DNA of 64,000 bases from positions 66,688 to 130,687 of the forward strand of contig CAZCCG010000001.1 of the NCBI GenBank assembly GCA_964497535.1. The letters run 5' to 3'. Source of the DNA: an uncultured Gammaproteobacteria bacterium. Lineage in GTDB: Bacteria > Patescibacteriota > Microgenomatia > Levybacterales > UBA12049. This document shows positions 25,789 through 35,206 of the stretch, in pieces (the first letter of the stretch is position 1; every line of letters starts with the position of its first letter). Below the pieces are notes generated by a model. The model was not told the origin of the DNA. It saw nothing but the letters and a program-made list of their open reading frames with translations, and made no database searches. Position numbers and translations under genes: made by a program.

Positions 25789-25806
25789 GAGTCCTCTCGG
25801 AGATGC
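25789..25806 (+). repeat. Duplicate of the tRNA-Arg(CCG) 3' end (att-like direct repeat)
   Basis: gagtcctctcggagatgc vs gagtcctctcggagacgc at 25697-25714 (17/18 identical). Confidence 0.75.
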
Positions 25807-25810
25807 AAAA

Positions 25811-26935
25811 TTAACGCCCTCCGGCGCCCTTCATTTGCACAGCTTGTGCCTGAGTAACCATAATTCCTCCTTCAAGCATTGACAAACCGGCTAATTCTAA
25901 GATGGATTTCCAATCTATTTTCTTCCCTTTATTCAATTGGTCAACTACTGTTTCCATTGCTTTATTGGTTGCTGCTAGTGAGCTTTTAAGCGAATCTATT
26001 TGTTCTTTTAGTTCTTTTATTTGCTGTTGCTCTGGCGTTAAAGGAGCTTCTACTGATGTTTCTCCTTCTTGTGTTTGATCATTTTGCGCTCCCTCTTGCT
26101 GACCGTTGTTATTTACTGCAGGCTCTTGCGCCCCAGCTGCGGCTGTTTCTGCTCCATCTGTTGCTGGCTGTGCATCTGGATCTGTTATTACAGCTTCTCC
26201 TGCAGCGGATTGGGATCCTGCTTCCTGTGCTCGAGCATGATCAACTGCTGCCTGGACATATTCCCGAGTTGCATCATCCATTTGCCAGTTATTGTCTGCA
26301 TGAAGTTTAGCCATTACATCATCTACGTTTGTAGATCCGGAAATATCAATATTTAGATTACGCAATTCATTATATGCGCCTGCTCTTCGTGCAGCTTGTG
26401 CTTGTTCTGCGGCAGGATCAACTGTAGTATCCGGCCGGGCAGCTCCATCAGAAGCTTCTGTACCTGCGGCCGCAGCGGGTCTTACCCCTGATTCTGCTGC
26501 ACCTGTAGTGTTCTGTTCTCCCGGTCTCGGTTCTTCTGTTGAACCAGGAGCAGTCGGTCGTATACCAGGAGGTGTCTCTGTACTTACTCCGGCTTGATCG
26601 GTTCCTTCTGCAGGTCGTGGTGGCTCTGCCGCACCCGATGTTGCTGGCCGCTCAGCACCTGCGGCAGGTGTTCTAACTTCATCTACCATACCTGCTCTGG
26701 TATTGTCTGCGCCTGATGCCTGTGGTCCTTCTACTTTTACTCCTTTAGCACCCCACGCATTGCCTCCTTCTCCTCTAAATAACCCTTTGAAACCCTCTGC
26801 TCCTCGTCCTACTAACCCACGAATCCCACGGGCTGCTGCCTGGTTACGGGCGGAATCAACACCAGGCCTCGCTGCATCTGGTCTGACTGAGGAGCGGGCT
26901 GCTTCTTGCTGTGGTACGGGCGTTTCTGCTGCCAT
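25811..26935 (-). CDS. Low-complexity Ala/Pro/Glu-rich protein with C-terminal coiled coil and hydrophobic tail
   Basis: RP.. repeats, QIKELKEQIDSLKSSL, ILELAGLSMLEGGIMV. Confidence 0.7.
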   Translation of the reverse strand: MAAETPVPQQEAARSSVRPDAARPGVDSARNQAAARGIRGLVGRGAEGFKGLFRGEGGNAWGAKGVKVEGPQASGADNTRAGMVDEVRTPAAGAERPATSGAAEPPRPAEGTDQAGVSTETPPGIRPTAPGSTEEPRPGEQNTTGAAESGVRPAAAAGTEASDGAARPDTTVDPAAEQAQAARRAGAYNELRNLNIDISGSTNVDDVMAKLHADNNWQMDDATREYVQAAVDHARAQEAGSQSAAGEAVITDPDAQPATDGAETAAAGAQEPAVNNNGQQEGAQNDQTQEGETSVEAPLTPEQQQIKELKEQIDSLKSSLAATNKAMETVVDQLNKGKKIDWKSILELAGLSMLEGGIMVTQAQAVQMKGAGGR

Positions 26936-26937
26936 AG

Positions 26938-27291
26938 TTATTGAGTCCCTTTCTGCATATCTTTTGCGATTGTTATTGCATGTTCGATATTGCCTTTACT
27001 AATCGCATTGCGCATTTTTATAAGCACTCGTTGTCGTTCGACTTCCTGCGTTTCATCTAGCTTTTCAACATAGACTTCTTGTGCCTCAGGATATATTTTT
27101 GCCAATTCTTTCAGCTTGTCAAGTAAATCCTGATGGTCTACGACCGGCAACATAGCCAGAAAACTCTGTGCCAGTTCTTTCGCTTTATCCGGATCAGTTT
27201 TGTTCTCTTCCAAATGCTTTGCTATTAACTCCAGCAATTCATTTGCCACCGTATCTACTTCTTGTTGGATATCCATATCACAACCAATCAT
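26938..27291 (-). CDS. Small acidic alpha-helical protein, co-transcribed with 25811..26935
   Basis: 2-bp gap to the downstream gene; amphipathic helices. Confidence 0.7.
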   Translation of the reverse strand: MIGCDMDIQQEVDTVANELLELIAKHLEENKTDPDKAKELAQSFLAMLPVVDHQDLLDKLKELAKIYPEAQEVYVEKLDETQEVERQRVLIKMRNAISKGNIEHAITIAKDMQKGTQ

Positions 27292-27383
27292 TACATACTA
27301 TAACCTTTTCTGTCAATAAATGCGCCAGAATAGACCATTACAAAACTTGTATCGACAATCCCTCTAAAGTACAATGAACATAT

Positions 27384-27848
27384 ATGAAATTTGAATTTTC
27401 AGCCGGGGGCATCGTGTATAAACGCCAAACTATGCAGAACCATACGCAAAACAACGCGGAAGATATTTTGATATTGGTTGCTCAGCATTCCGGGCATCAT
27501 GGATGGGTTTTTCCCAAAGGCCATATTGGAGATACTATACAAGGAGAGAAGAAAGAAGAGACAGCGGTGCGGGAAGTTGAAGAAGAAACTGGTGTTTTGG
27601 CAAAAATTGTTGAACCTCTTCCCCCGGTTACTTATTGGTACGTACTGAAGAAAGAAAAAATTAAAAAAACAGTATATTATTTCCTCATGAAATATCTCTC
27701 CGTGGATTCGAGCAAAAAAGATGAGGAAATGGAGCAGGTTGAATGGCTGCCAATTGACGAGGTAGAAAATCGATTAACATATCCCTCAGATAAGGACGTG
27801 TGGCAGGAAGCAAAGAAACATCTTGAGAGCATAACGAAAAGCGTTTAG
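27384..27848 (+). CDS. NUDIX hydrolase
   Basis: SAGGIV, WVFPKGH...ETAVREVEEETG. Confidence 0.9.
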   Translation: MKFEFSAGGIVYKRQTMQNHTQNNAEDILILVAQHSGHHGWVFPKGHIGDTIQGEKKEETAVREVEEETGVLAKIVEPLPPVTYWYVLKKEKIKKTVYYFLMKYLSVDSSKKDEEMEQVEWLPIDEVENRLTYPSDKDVWQEAKKHLESITKSV

Positions 27849-27872
27849 TTAGTAGCGTATAGGGTATAGTTG

Positions 27873-27956
27873 CGGAGGAGACAGGATTCGAACCTGCGAG
27901 AGCTTTCGCTCGTACGCTTTCCAAGCGTATGCACTGGGCCACTATGCGACTCCTCC
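27873..27956 (-). tRNA. tRNA-Ser(GGA)
   Basis: GGAGGAG/CTCCTCC-G, TACGC-TT-GGA-AA-GCGTA. Confidence 0.93.
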
Positions 27957-28100
27957 AGTGTCGTTTATTATAACCTACGATCCTTCCTCTGTCTAACACC
28001 CTCATTCTCAGAGTGGTTCCGCGTACTGTTCTGCATAGTTTAGCGGCATACTCAACTTGACATATTCTCAGAAATCGTTCACACTATATCAGCGATTCTT

Positions 28101-29696
28101 ATGCGTTGTTCTGCCCGTTTTTTCACAAAATTACTCCTTTGTATTTGCGCGACCGTAGTATTTTATTTTTTGTATCCTGGAATTGATGCTTATGCTCAAG
28201 CACCATCAGTGGATCAAACCCAACAACCGCTAGTCCAAACAACAAACCCAACAAACTCCTATACTATTCCGCAGACCAATCCCGATGTTCCCCACAACCT
28301 TCATACCTGGACCCAAACAGTAATGATTGAAGTGATGTCAGCAATGACATGCCAACTTACCGGAGTTGACCCAACAACGAGAGAAGGAAAGTGTCTGGGA
28401 ATGGATCCAAAGACACAAAAAATTGGTTTTGTAGAAAGTGGCGGAGGAGCAATAGGAATGATGGGAACGATGATAGCCCAACTCTATACTCCCCCGATTC
28501 ATTTGTATGAATATACAGACTATATGGCAAGTAACTTTGGCATTGCCAAGCCTGCCTATGCCCAACAGCAACCTTGTGATCCTATTCATGGTTATGGTTT
28601 CTGCGGGATATCACCTCTTCTGAGTATCTGGACTGCATTTCGCAATATTGTATATCTTATCTTTACGCTTCTTTTTATTCTGGTAGGGCTGGGAATTATG
28701 CTTCGAATAAAAATTGACCCACGAGCTGTTATGTCGATTGAGAACCAAATACCACGGTTGGTAATGGGGCTGATTGTTATTACATTTTCTTTTGCTATTG
28801 TCGGATTTCTCATTGATATGATGTATGTTATTATCTATGTCATTTTTAACATTTTAAGTGATTCCAGTGTCGTTAACCCTGATACTGCCCATAAGATTGC
28901 TCAAGCACAGAAAACATTTCAGGGAGATAACCCCATTGGATTCATGAATAATATCATCGGTCTGAGAGAAGTTGTAGCTAACTCTTCTGGTGCAGTCAAA
29001 GATCTGGTTCAGAATATGTTTTATCAACGCCCCAATAATGGGAATATTTTTCTTCTCAGCGGCGTTGCAGATTTCTGGGATAATGCTCGCAATGCAGGAG
29101 GGTGGTTTCTGGGAGCGTTCTTTAGCATCCTTTCTTTTTTGATTATTGGAGCAGCAGTACTCTGGGCTATGTTCCGTCTCTGGTTTGCACTCCTGGCTGC
29201 CTATATTTTTCTGCTCGTGGATATTGTCTTAGCTCCTTTTTGGATAATATTTAGTGCATTCCCAGGATCCCCAGCTAACTTTGAAACCTGGATTCGAGAT
29301 GTATTATCTAACTTGATATCATTTATTGTGGTCATTGCCATGTTTATGCTTGGACAAGTCTTTATTGATACGTTCAACAGAGCCGGTGGACAATTATTTG
29401 TCCCCCCCCTCATCGGCAACCCAAATCCTGATGGGACAGGCAGTGCTCTTGCTGCACTCATAGGTCTGGGTATTATTTTAGTCACTCACAAAGCAGTAGA
29501 AATTGCAAAAGACCTTATAAAAGCTCCCACATTCAAATATACCTCCGCTATTGGTGAAGCGCTTACGGTGGGAGCTGCAGGACCCGGTAGATTTACCAAA
29601 CATATGGGAGAACACTTAACTCATGAAAACAAGGGTGGTATGTGGATGTATAAAGGAGGAGCCGTTGCTTCAGTAGGAAGATTCTTTGGGTTCTAG
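28101..29696 (+). CDS. VirB6/TrbL-like polytopic membrane protein
   Basis: Signal peptide, WTAFRNIVY...GLGIMLR...IPRLVMGLIVITFSFAIVGFLID, many TMs, IVLAPF. Confidence 0.65.
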   Translation: MRCSARFFTKLLLCICATVVFYFLYPGIDAYAQAPSVDQTQQPLVQTTNPTNSYTIPQTNPDVPHNLHTWTQTVMIEVMSAMTCQLTGVDPTTREGKCLGMDPKTQKIGFVESGGGAIGMMGTMIAQLYTPPIHLYEYTDYMASNFGIAKPAYAQQQPCDPIHGYGFCGISPLLSIWTAFRNIVYLIFTLLFILVGLGIMLRIKIDPRAVMSIENQIPRLVMGLIVITFSFAIVGFLIDMMYVIIYVIFNILSDSSVVNPDTAHKIAQAQKTFQGDNPIGFMNNIIGLREVVANSSGAVKDLVQNMFYQRPNNGNIFLLSGVADFWDNARNAGGWFLGAFFSILSFLIIGAAVLWAMFRLWFALLAAYIFLLVDIVLAPFWIIFSAFPGSPANFETWIRDVLSNLISFIVVIAMFMLGQVFIDTFNRAGGQLFVPPLIGNPNPDGTGSALAALIGLGIILVTHKAVEIAKDLIKAPTFKYTSAIGEALTVGAAGPGRFTKHMGEHLTHENKGGMWMYKGGAVASVGRFFGF

Positions 29697-29697
29697 G

Positions 29698-32600
29698 TTA
29701 AGCCGCTAATTTCTTGACTCCGCCGCCAAAATCCATAATACGGACTATTTCGGCACCGCCGAATGTCAGAAGCAGAAGCATAATTACCAACATTCTCCGT
29801 TGTACAAAATGCTTCGGTGAAGCTCGTAGCTCGTCTCTCAAACCAAACCATGAGGATTCAACGCTCTCAATCTGATGATGACGTTCTTGTTCCAGCAATC
29901 TTTCCTGTTCCTCTTGGCTCAAGTAGAGACGATTTCCTGTCTGAGGATCAAAAAGGGGTTTCCCATTTGCATCATGTCTTGTCTTCTGATCCTCTGTGAG
30001 TTCTACAACTCTGGCTTGTTTTATCAGCTTATTCCTATATTCATCCAATATATGCATGGTCGCTTCCATATCCAGATTTTCTGCTTGTGGACCATATATT
30101 TTCTCTATTTGAGTCAATATTCCTCTCATGGGTAATTCTTTAATACCCAACGCGTCTGCCCATGCCGGAATCCGACGCAATTTAATGTCTGTTCCCATCG
30201 TATATTTCAATACGTTTATTCTTCCATCCGGCCCGTTATAAGCAGAAGAAAGCTCGGCAACATCTTCTGCAGCGGTATACCGCTTTTCCATAGCCTCAAC
30301 ACGAATCACCCCATTGAGCAACTTTTCTCCTGCTTCATCAGCAACTTTTGTATCATTCCACATACGCCGCAAGCCGTCTCCACCAGCCTCTGTAGAAAGC
30401 TGTTGAGAAAGAGGGACATATTTCCCAACCGTTTTTTTATTTCCATCCTCATCAACATACGTAAGCTCGGTTTTCTCCAGTTCTTCCAGGAAAGCGTCAT
30501 CAACTACGAGGGTACGAAAATAAGTATCAGTAAAACGATAATCATCAATAAGCATATCTCTTGTTTTTTGATCGGAAGCAAATCCTTTTATTCTCCTAAA
30601 CATTTCAACTAATTGTGCTGCTCTTAATCTTCCTTGTTCAAGATCCATTGAACCATTGTCTTTTGGTGCCAATGCTTTTGCTACATCTTCCGTATATTCC
30701 CCAAAACCCTGACTCAAATCCAATTGCTCAAATTTCTGATACCCACGTCTTCGCACCATTTGTATGACCTTTCCATATTCTTCTTTGAAACGATCATACC
30801 GATATTCTGCCAAGGTTCGTTCATCGCGCGCACTTTGAGGTGTCCCTTTGCCTTTCCCAGGTTCATCCAGAGAATCGAATAGCTCATCCTCTACTAAGCT
30901 TCTAAATGACCCTTCATCCTTCGCTCTTTCTCGAAATAACTTCAATACTTCTTCCGGTCGATACTGTGCGATTTTTTGCCATATTGCATCTGCTTCGGGA
31001 ACAACTTCCTTTCTTACTTTTTTATGAGTATGATGATCTTCTTCCTCAATAATATGTTTTCTACTGGCGGTTTTTAACCGAAAGAATAATGCAAAATCTT
31101 CAGCTGTTTGTCCTCGGGCATTTTTACCTTCTGTCTCCTGAAATCGATCACGGAATCTACTCTGCATTGAATCTAAAATAGCTTCAATCCTCCAGCCGGA
31201 AGATAAAATATCCGGAGGAGCAATAAAATCTCTAAATTTTCTGGTTCCCAACTCAAGCATTTGTTCTCTTGTAAGAGAGACATTTATCCCTTGTTCCCGC
31301 TGGGCCTCTACCCAATCATTTGCCATATCCAGCTTAATTGCATCAACATATTGACGTTGATCCGCAGTAACAATACCCCATTTCTCATAATTAAATTCCT
31401 CTTCGTTATAGATTTTAAGCGGCCCGATAGGGTCGGTTCTATATACTTTTGTGGGGCTCAGCTCTCTTTTGCCGCGGGCTGCAATGACAGCTTGCCGTTG
31501 AGACCCAACTAATACATCATATGCTGAGCGCACCACACGAGTAATTTTTGCATAGGTATTGTATACTTCGGTTATTGTAGCTCTTTCATCTTGAGAAATG
31601 ATGGCCCTTCCATGCTCATCTGTTGTTGCACGCTGGAATTCTTTATCAGACATTTTAGCAAGTTCAAAATAAGTATAAGGTCTTCCAGAAGAAGAAATAA
31701 TACTCTGCTGAAAACGTTCTTCATCCAAAGAACCAAACTTCCCTACTCCCCGCTGTGTTAATTGAAATTGTTCTTCTATTACGTCTCCTTGCAGTTTGTA
31801 AATAAGATCATTTGTCACGTTCTTTCTTTGTTGCTTCAGTCTCATATCATCCAATGCCTCATGCAGCCTTCCGGCTATATCCCCGACTAAATTTTCTTCA
31901 ATACTCATGCTATAGAGTAACCCATGCATACCCACTTGGCTGGCTGCAGACTGCACCTGTTCTATGCTGCGGCCTCCCATGACACTTCGAAGCTTAATCA
32001 TATTGATCCGTGAATTAAAATGTCGTGTAAATTCCTCAGCGTCGGCTCGATTGTATTTGCTCAAAAATCTGGAACCGGTAGAAAAAGACTGCATGAGACT
32101 TTGCATAAAGGGAGAGTCTAACTCTTGGTTTTCCCTTACATTCATATATAACAGATCGAATTGTTGATCCAACCAACCAATCGGATTTGTCAACAGTTCA
32201 TCCATATCCCGATCATCCAGGAGTGAAAGACGGTAGCTCTCTTTCGTCCTCGCATCTAACCGGGTTCTTTCCCCCCGTAAACGAGGGCGCCCCATGAATG
32301 AATTAAGCATATCTGCCGCTTCTTCTGCAGTAACCCCTCTTAAGGCCATTATTTGTTTGATTTGTATGAGTTGAATGTCATCAAGAAGCTTTGCCTGATC
32401 AGACGGATCTATAATACCCTCTTCAGTCTCAGCATTGATACGATCACGTTCTTCTCTCAGTGATTTTTCGGTAAGTTTTCCATCCTCTCCTAGTTTCTTG
32501 AGACGGCTGGCAAAATAATGTCCCCGGTTACCGGGTTCGTAATTACCTAGATCTAAATCTTCAGTAACAGTCCTTGCAAAGGCATCTGCACTCTCTGTAC

Positions 32601-33303
32601 CTCTTTGTCGATTACCGGTTTGATTTTCATCTGTTCCACCTCTATTTGCTGCTCCGGGTCCTCCCCCTTCCCCTTTCAAACCTTTTTCTTCAAGCTCCTG
32701 CGCCGCTTCTATTCCTATTTGCACCAAATCTATCAGCTCAGTTTCAGGAATTTTCTCACCGGCATCTTCTCTCTCCATTTGGTTTTCCTGACGCCTTAAT
32801 AGTTCCCCAAACACCGAAGACCCATACTGTTGCAAATCAGAAGCTAACCCTTCTACTGCTGCAAATACTTCATGCTGGTCTCTCCCATCGAGTTCTCTTT
32901 CCAACTCTTGTCTTCTTTGTCTTCCGAAGACGATTTCTCCTCGATACGCATCTTTTAATTCTTCATTATTCCATCGGTCAAGAGGTTTTACATCAATACG
33001 TTCTTGTTGGTTACGGGCAAAATTTCGAGCCTGAACATCTCGAATCTTGAGGATTGGATCTTGGGGTGGCTGTGTCTCCATTGGACGAGCAGCTTCAACT
33101 GCCGGCCGGAACCCTCCGAGTACTTCTGATGCACTGGGGCCATTATCTATCATAAATAATACTTCACTTTTAGCATACGGTCTGGGAGCTTCGGTTGTCA
33201 ACCGTGGAGCCTGATTTCTAGGCTCAAAAAGGGTACGAGCACCAAATGTGCTGGTCCGTGCCTGTTCAGAAACTGATGGTGTAAAAGTTAATCCTTCTTT
33301 CAT
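29698..33303 (-). CDS. Large hypothetical charged helical protein with a C-terminal hydrophobic segment
   Basis: 1201-aa ORF; MLVIMLLLLTFGGAEIV near the C-terminus; no recognisable catalytic motif. Confidence 0.75.
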   Translation of the reverse strand: MKEGLTFTPSVSEQARTSTFGARTLFEPRNQAPRLTTEAPRPYAKSEVLFMIDNGPSASEVLGGFRPAVEAARPMETQPPQDPILKIRDVQARNFARNQQERIDVKPLDRWNNEELKDAYRGEIVFGRQRRQELERELDGRDQHEVFAAVEGLASDLQQYGSSVFGELLRRQENQMEREDAGEKIPETELIDLVQIGIEAAQELEEKGLKGEGGGPGAANRGGTDENQTGNRQRGTESADAFARTVTEDLDLGNYEPGNRGHYFASRLKKLGEDGKLTEKSLREERDRINAETEEGIIDPSDQAKLLDDIQLIQIKQIMALRGVTAEEAADMLNSFMGRPRLRGERTRLDARTKESYRLSLLDDRDMDELLTNPIGWLDQQFDLLYMNVRENQELDSPFMQSLMQSFSTGSRFLSKYNRADAEEFTRHFNSRINMIKLRSVMGGRSIEQVQSAASQVGMHGLLYSMSIEENLVGDIAGRLHEALDDMRLKQQRKNVTNDLIYKLQGDVIEEQFQLTQRGVGKFGSLDEERFQQSIISSSGRPYTYFELAKMSDKEFQRATTDEHGRAIISQDERATITEVYNTYAKITRVVRSAYDVLVGSQRQAVIAARGKRELSPTKVYRTDPIGPLKIYNEEEFNYEKWGIVTADQRQYVDAIKLDMANDWVEAQREQGINVSLTREQMLELGTRKFRDFIAPPDILSSGWRIEAILDSMQSRFRDRFQETEGKNARGQTAEDFALFFRLKTASRKHIIEEEDHHTHKKVRKEVVPEADAIWQKIAQYRPEEVLKLFRERAKDEGSFRSLVEDELFDSLDEPGKGKGTPQSARDERTLAEYRYDRFKEEYGKVIQMVRRRGYQKFEQLDLSQGFGEYTEDVAKALAPKDNGSMDLEQGRLRAAQLVEMFRRIKGFASDQKTRDMLIDDYRFTDTYFRTLVVDDAFLEELEKTELTYVDEDGNKKTVGKYVPLSQQLSTEAGGDGLRRMWNDTKVADEAGEKLLNGVIRVEAMEKRYTAAEDVAELSSAYNGPDGRINVLKYTMGTDIKLRRIPAWADALGIKELPMRGILTQIEKIYGPQAENLDMEATMHILDEYRNKLIKQARVVELTEDQKTRHDANGKPLFDPQTGNRLYLSQEEQERLLEQERHHQIESVESSWFGLRDELRASPKHFVQRRMLVIMLLLLTFGGAEIVRIMDFGGGVKKLAA

Positions 33304-33411
33304 ACCCGCAGTTTAACCGATGCAGCCTCATCAAGCTTGATATTGAGATTACAGCCAGCTCACAAAAGCCTGATATTTATTATTTAAAATGTATGATTTA
33401 TAATTGACGGG

Positions 33412-33777
33412 ATGAAGCCAGCTGACTTAGCGAAGAGACTAAAAACATTCGCGCTAACAGTATTAAAACTTGTTAAAATGCTGCCTAAAACAGAAGAAAA
33501 TAGGATATATGGGAGACAAGTAATACGCTCTTCATCATCTATAGGTGCTAACTATGCTGAGGCGCTGTGCGCTTTTACCTCTCCAGACTTTCTGCATGAC
33601 ATGAATAAATGTAGAAAAGAATCGAATGAAAGTGTATACTGGCTTGAGTTAATCTTTGAAGCAAATCCTGATTTCCAAGTTGTAATGACTGATTTAATTG
33701 ATGAAAGTAGACAACTATTGAAGATTTTTATGAGTTCTGTAAAAACTGCTAAAGAAAATCAAAAAAATAAAAAATAG
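33412..33777 (+). CDS. Four-helix-bundle protein (IVS/Avd-like)
   Basis: QVIRSSSSIGANYAEA...DF...KESNESVYWLEL; flanked by inverted heptamer arms. Confidence 0.88.
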   Translation: MKPADLAKRLKTFALTVLKLVKMLPKTEENRIYGRQVIRSSSSIGANYAEALCAFTSPDFLHDMNKCRKESNESVYWLELIFEANPDFQVVMTDLIDESRQLLKIFMSSVKTAKENQKNKK

Positions 33778-33807
33778 CTTTTCATAATAATAAATATTAA
33801 ATAATAA

Positions 33808-35166
33808 ATGCTAGATAAGACGACTCCTACTCATTTTGAATCTCTCTACCCTGTTGACTCACGCTCTGCTGAGCTTGAAAAGATAGTAACCTTTATTAAA
33901 GAAGGCAATTCCTGTCAAATCGTATCGTTACCCGGAGTCGGACGGGCCAACTTATTGGGATTTCTTGCCTATAATAAGGCTATAAAGGAGAAGCACCTAA
34001 GGGAAACCCTCAAATGGTTTCATTTTGTAGTCGTTAATTTCTCAGAAGTCCGCAAAAAGTCGCTCTTTGATGTGACGAAGTTTTTATTCCTGGCACTGGT
34101 TGACTCCTTACAAGAACGTGGCCTCACGCAGGAGTATGAGAAGGCAAGTACCATTTTTAAAGAATCTCTTAATTTTAACGATGAAGTCGTCTTGTTTGGA
34201 GGTCTGAAAAAGACAATAGATCTGTTGGCTATAGAGAAAGAGCTGACAGTTGTTTTTTTGTTTGACCGGTTTGAGTCATATATCCCCCAGCTGTCCGAAG
34301 ATTTCTTTACGAACCTGAGGATTTTGCGCAATCGTGCGAAATATCGTTTTTCTGTTGTGTTGACACTCAATCGTCCGCTTGAAGATAGTATCGATCCGGC
34401 TGTATTTGCAGACTTTCATGAATTTCTGGCAGGACATACCATTTATCTGCCACTTGTAGACGAACAGGGAATCATGTTTCGAATCGCCTATATCCAAAAA
34501 GTTACCGGTAAAACACTGGATAAAAAGCTCCTGGACAAAGTACTTGAGCTTACTGCAAAACACGGGAAGCTTACCCGCATCTCGGTTGAGATATTAACCA
34601 ATGGAGATCATGCAGATGTAACAGCAGAAACAGTTGAGAATTTCCTCCTCTCTCAAAAGACAATCCGAGGAGTCTTATATGAAATATGGAATGCCCTTAC
34701 CCCAGCAGAACAAACCCATTTGGAAAAGGCTCTTTTTGGAAAAGACACCTACGATGAACATACCCAGTATTTAGAACATGTAGGACTCATAAAAAACGAG
34801 AAAATTATCATTCCCCTCTTTGCCGCATTTGTAGAATCCCAAAAACAGAACACTTCAACACAAAAAGAGGAACATATCTCTTTTGATGCAATGACCAATG
34901 ATATTACAAAAGGGAAATTAGTGCTAACTGACAAACTGACAACTGCAGAATATCGGCTCCTGCAATACCTTTTGGAGAACTCGGACAAAATTCTTGCGCG
35001 GGAAGAAGTAATTACTGCGGTATGGCAGGATAAATCAACAGCCGGAGTCACCGACCAGGCGCTGGACCAGCTCATTTTTCGAATCCGTAAAAAAATCGAG
35101 GATGACCCCAATAACCCACAGCATCTCCAGACGGTAAAAGGGCGGGGATTTCGCTTCCTCCCCTAG
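33808..35166 (+). CDS. Degenerate P-loop domain plus C-terminal OmpR-type winged helix
   Basis: LPGVGRA, FLFDRF; LTTAEYRLLQYL...REE...W...LDQLIFRIRKKIE...TVKGRGF. Confidence 0.8.
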   Translation: MLDKTTPTHFESLYPVDSRSAELEKIVTFIKEGNSCQIVSLPGVGRANLLGFLAYNKAIKEKHLRETLKWFHFVVVNFSEVRKKSLFDVTKFLFLALVDSLQERGLTQEYEKASTIFKESLNFNDEVVLFGGLKKTIDLLAIEKELTVVFLFDRFESYIPQLSEDFFTNLRILRNRAKYRFSVVLTLNRPLEDSIDPAVFADFHEFLAGHTIYLPLVDEQGIMFRIAYIQKVTGKTLDKKLLDKVLELTAKHGKLTRISVEILTNGDHADVTAETVENFLLSQKTIRGVLYEIWNALTPAEQTHLEKALFGKDTYDEHTQYLEHVGLIKNEKIIIPLFAAFVESQKQNTSTQKEEHISFDAMTNDITKGKLVLTDKLTTAEYRLLQYLLENSDKILAREEVITAVWQDKSTAGVTDQALDQLIFRIRKKIEDDPNNPQHLQTVKGRGFRFLP

Positions 35167-35206
35167 ACTTGCAATTTTCTCATAATTTAAGTTACGATCA
35201 ATCTAT

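Noticed and set aside
25523-28005. ORFs 25523..25717 and 27685..28005, and the 23316 start
   Set aside because: They translate tRNA sequence (GSNP/FES peptides).
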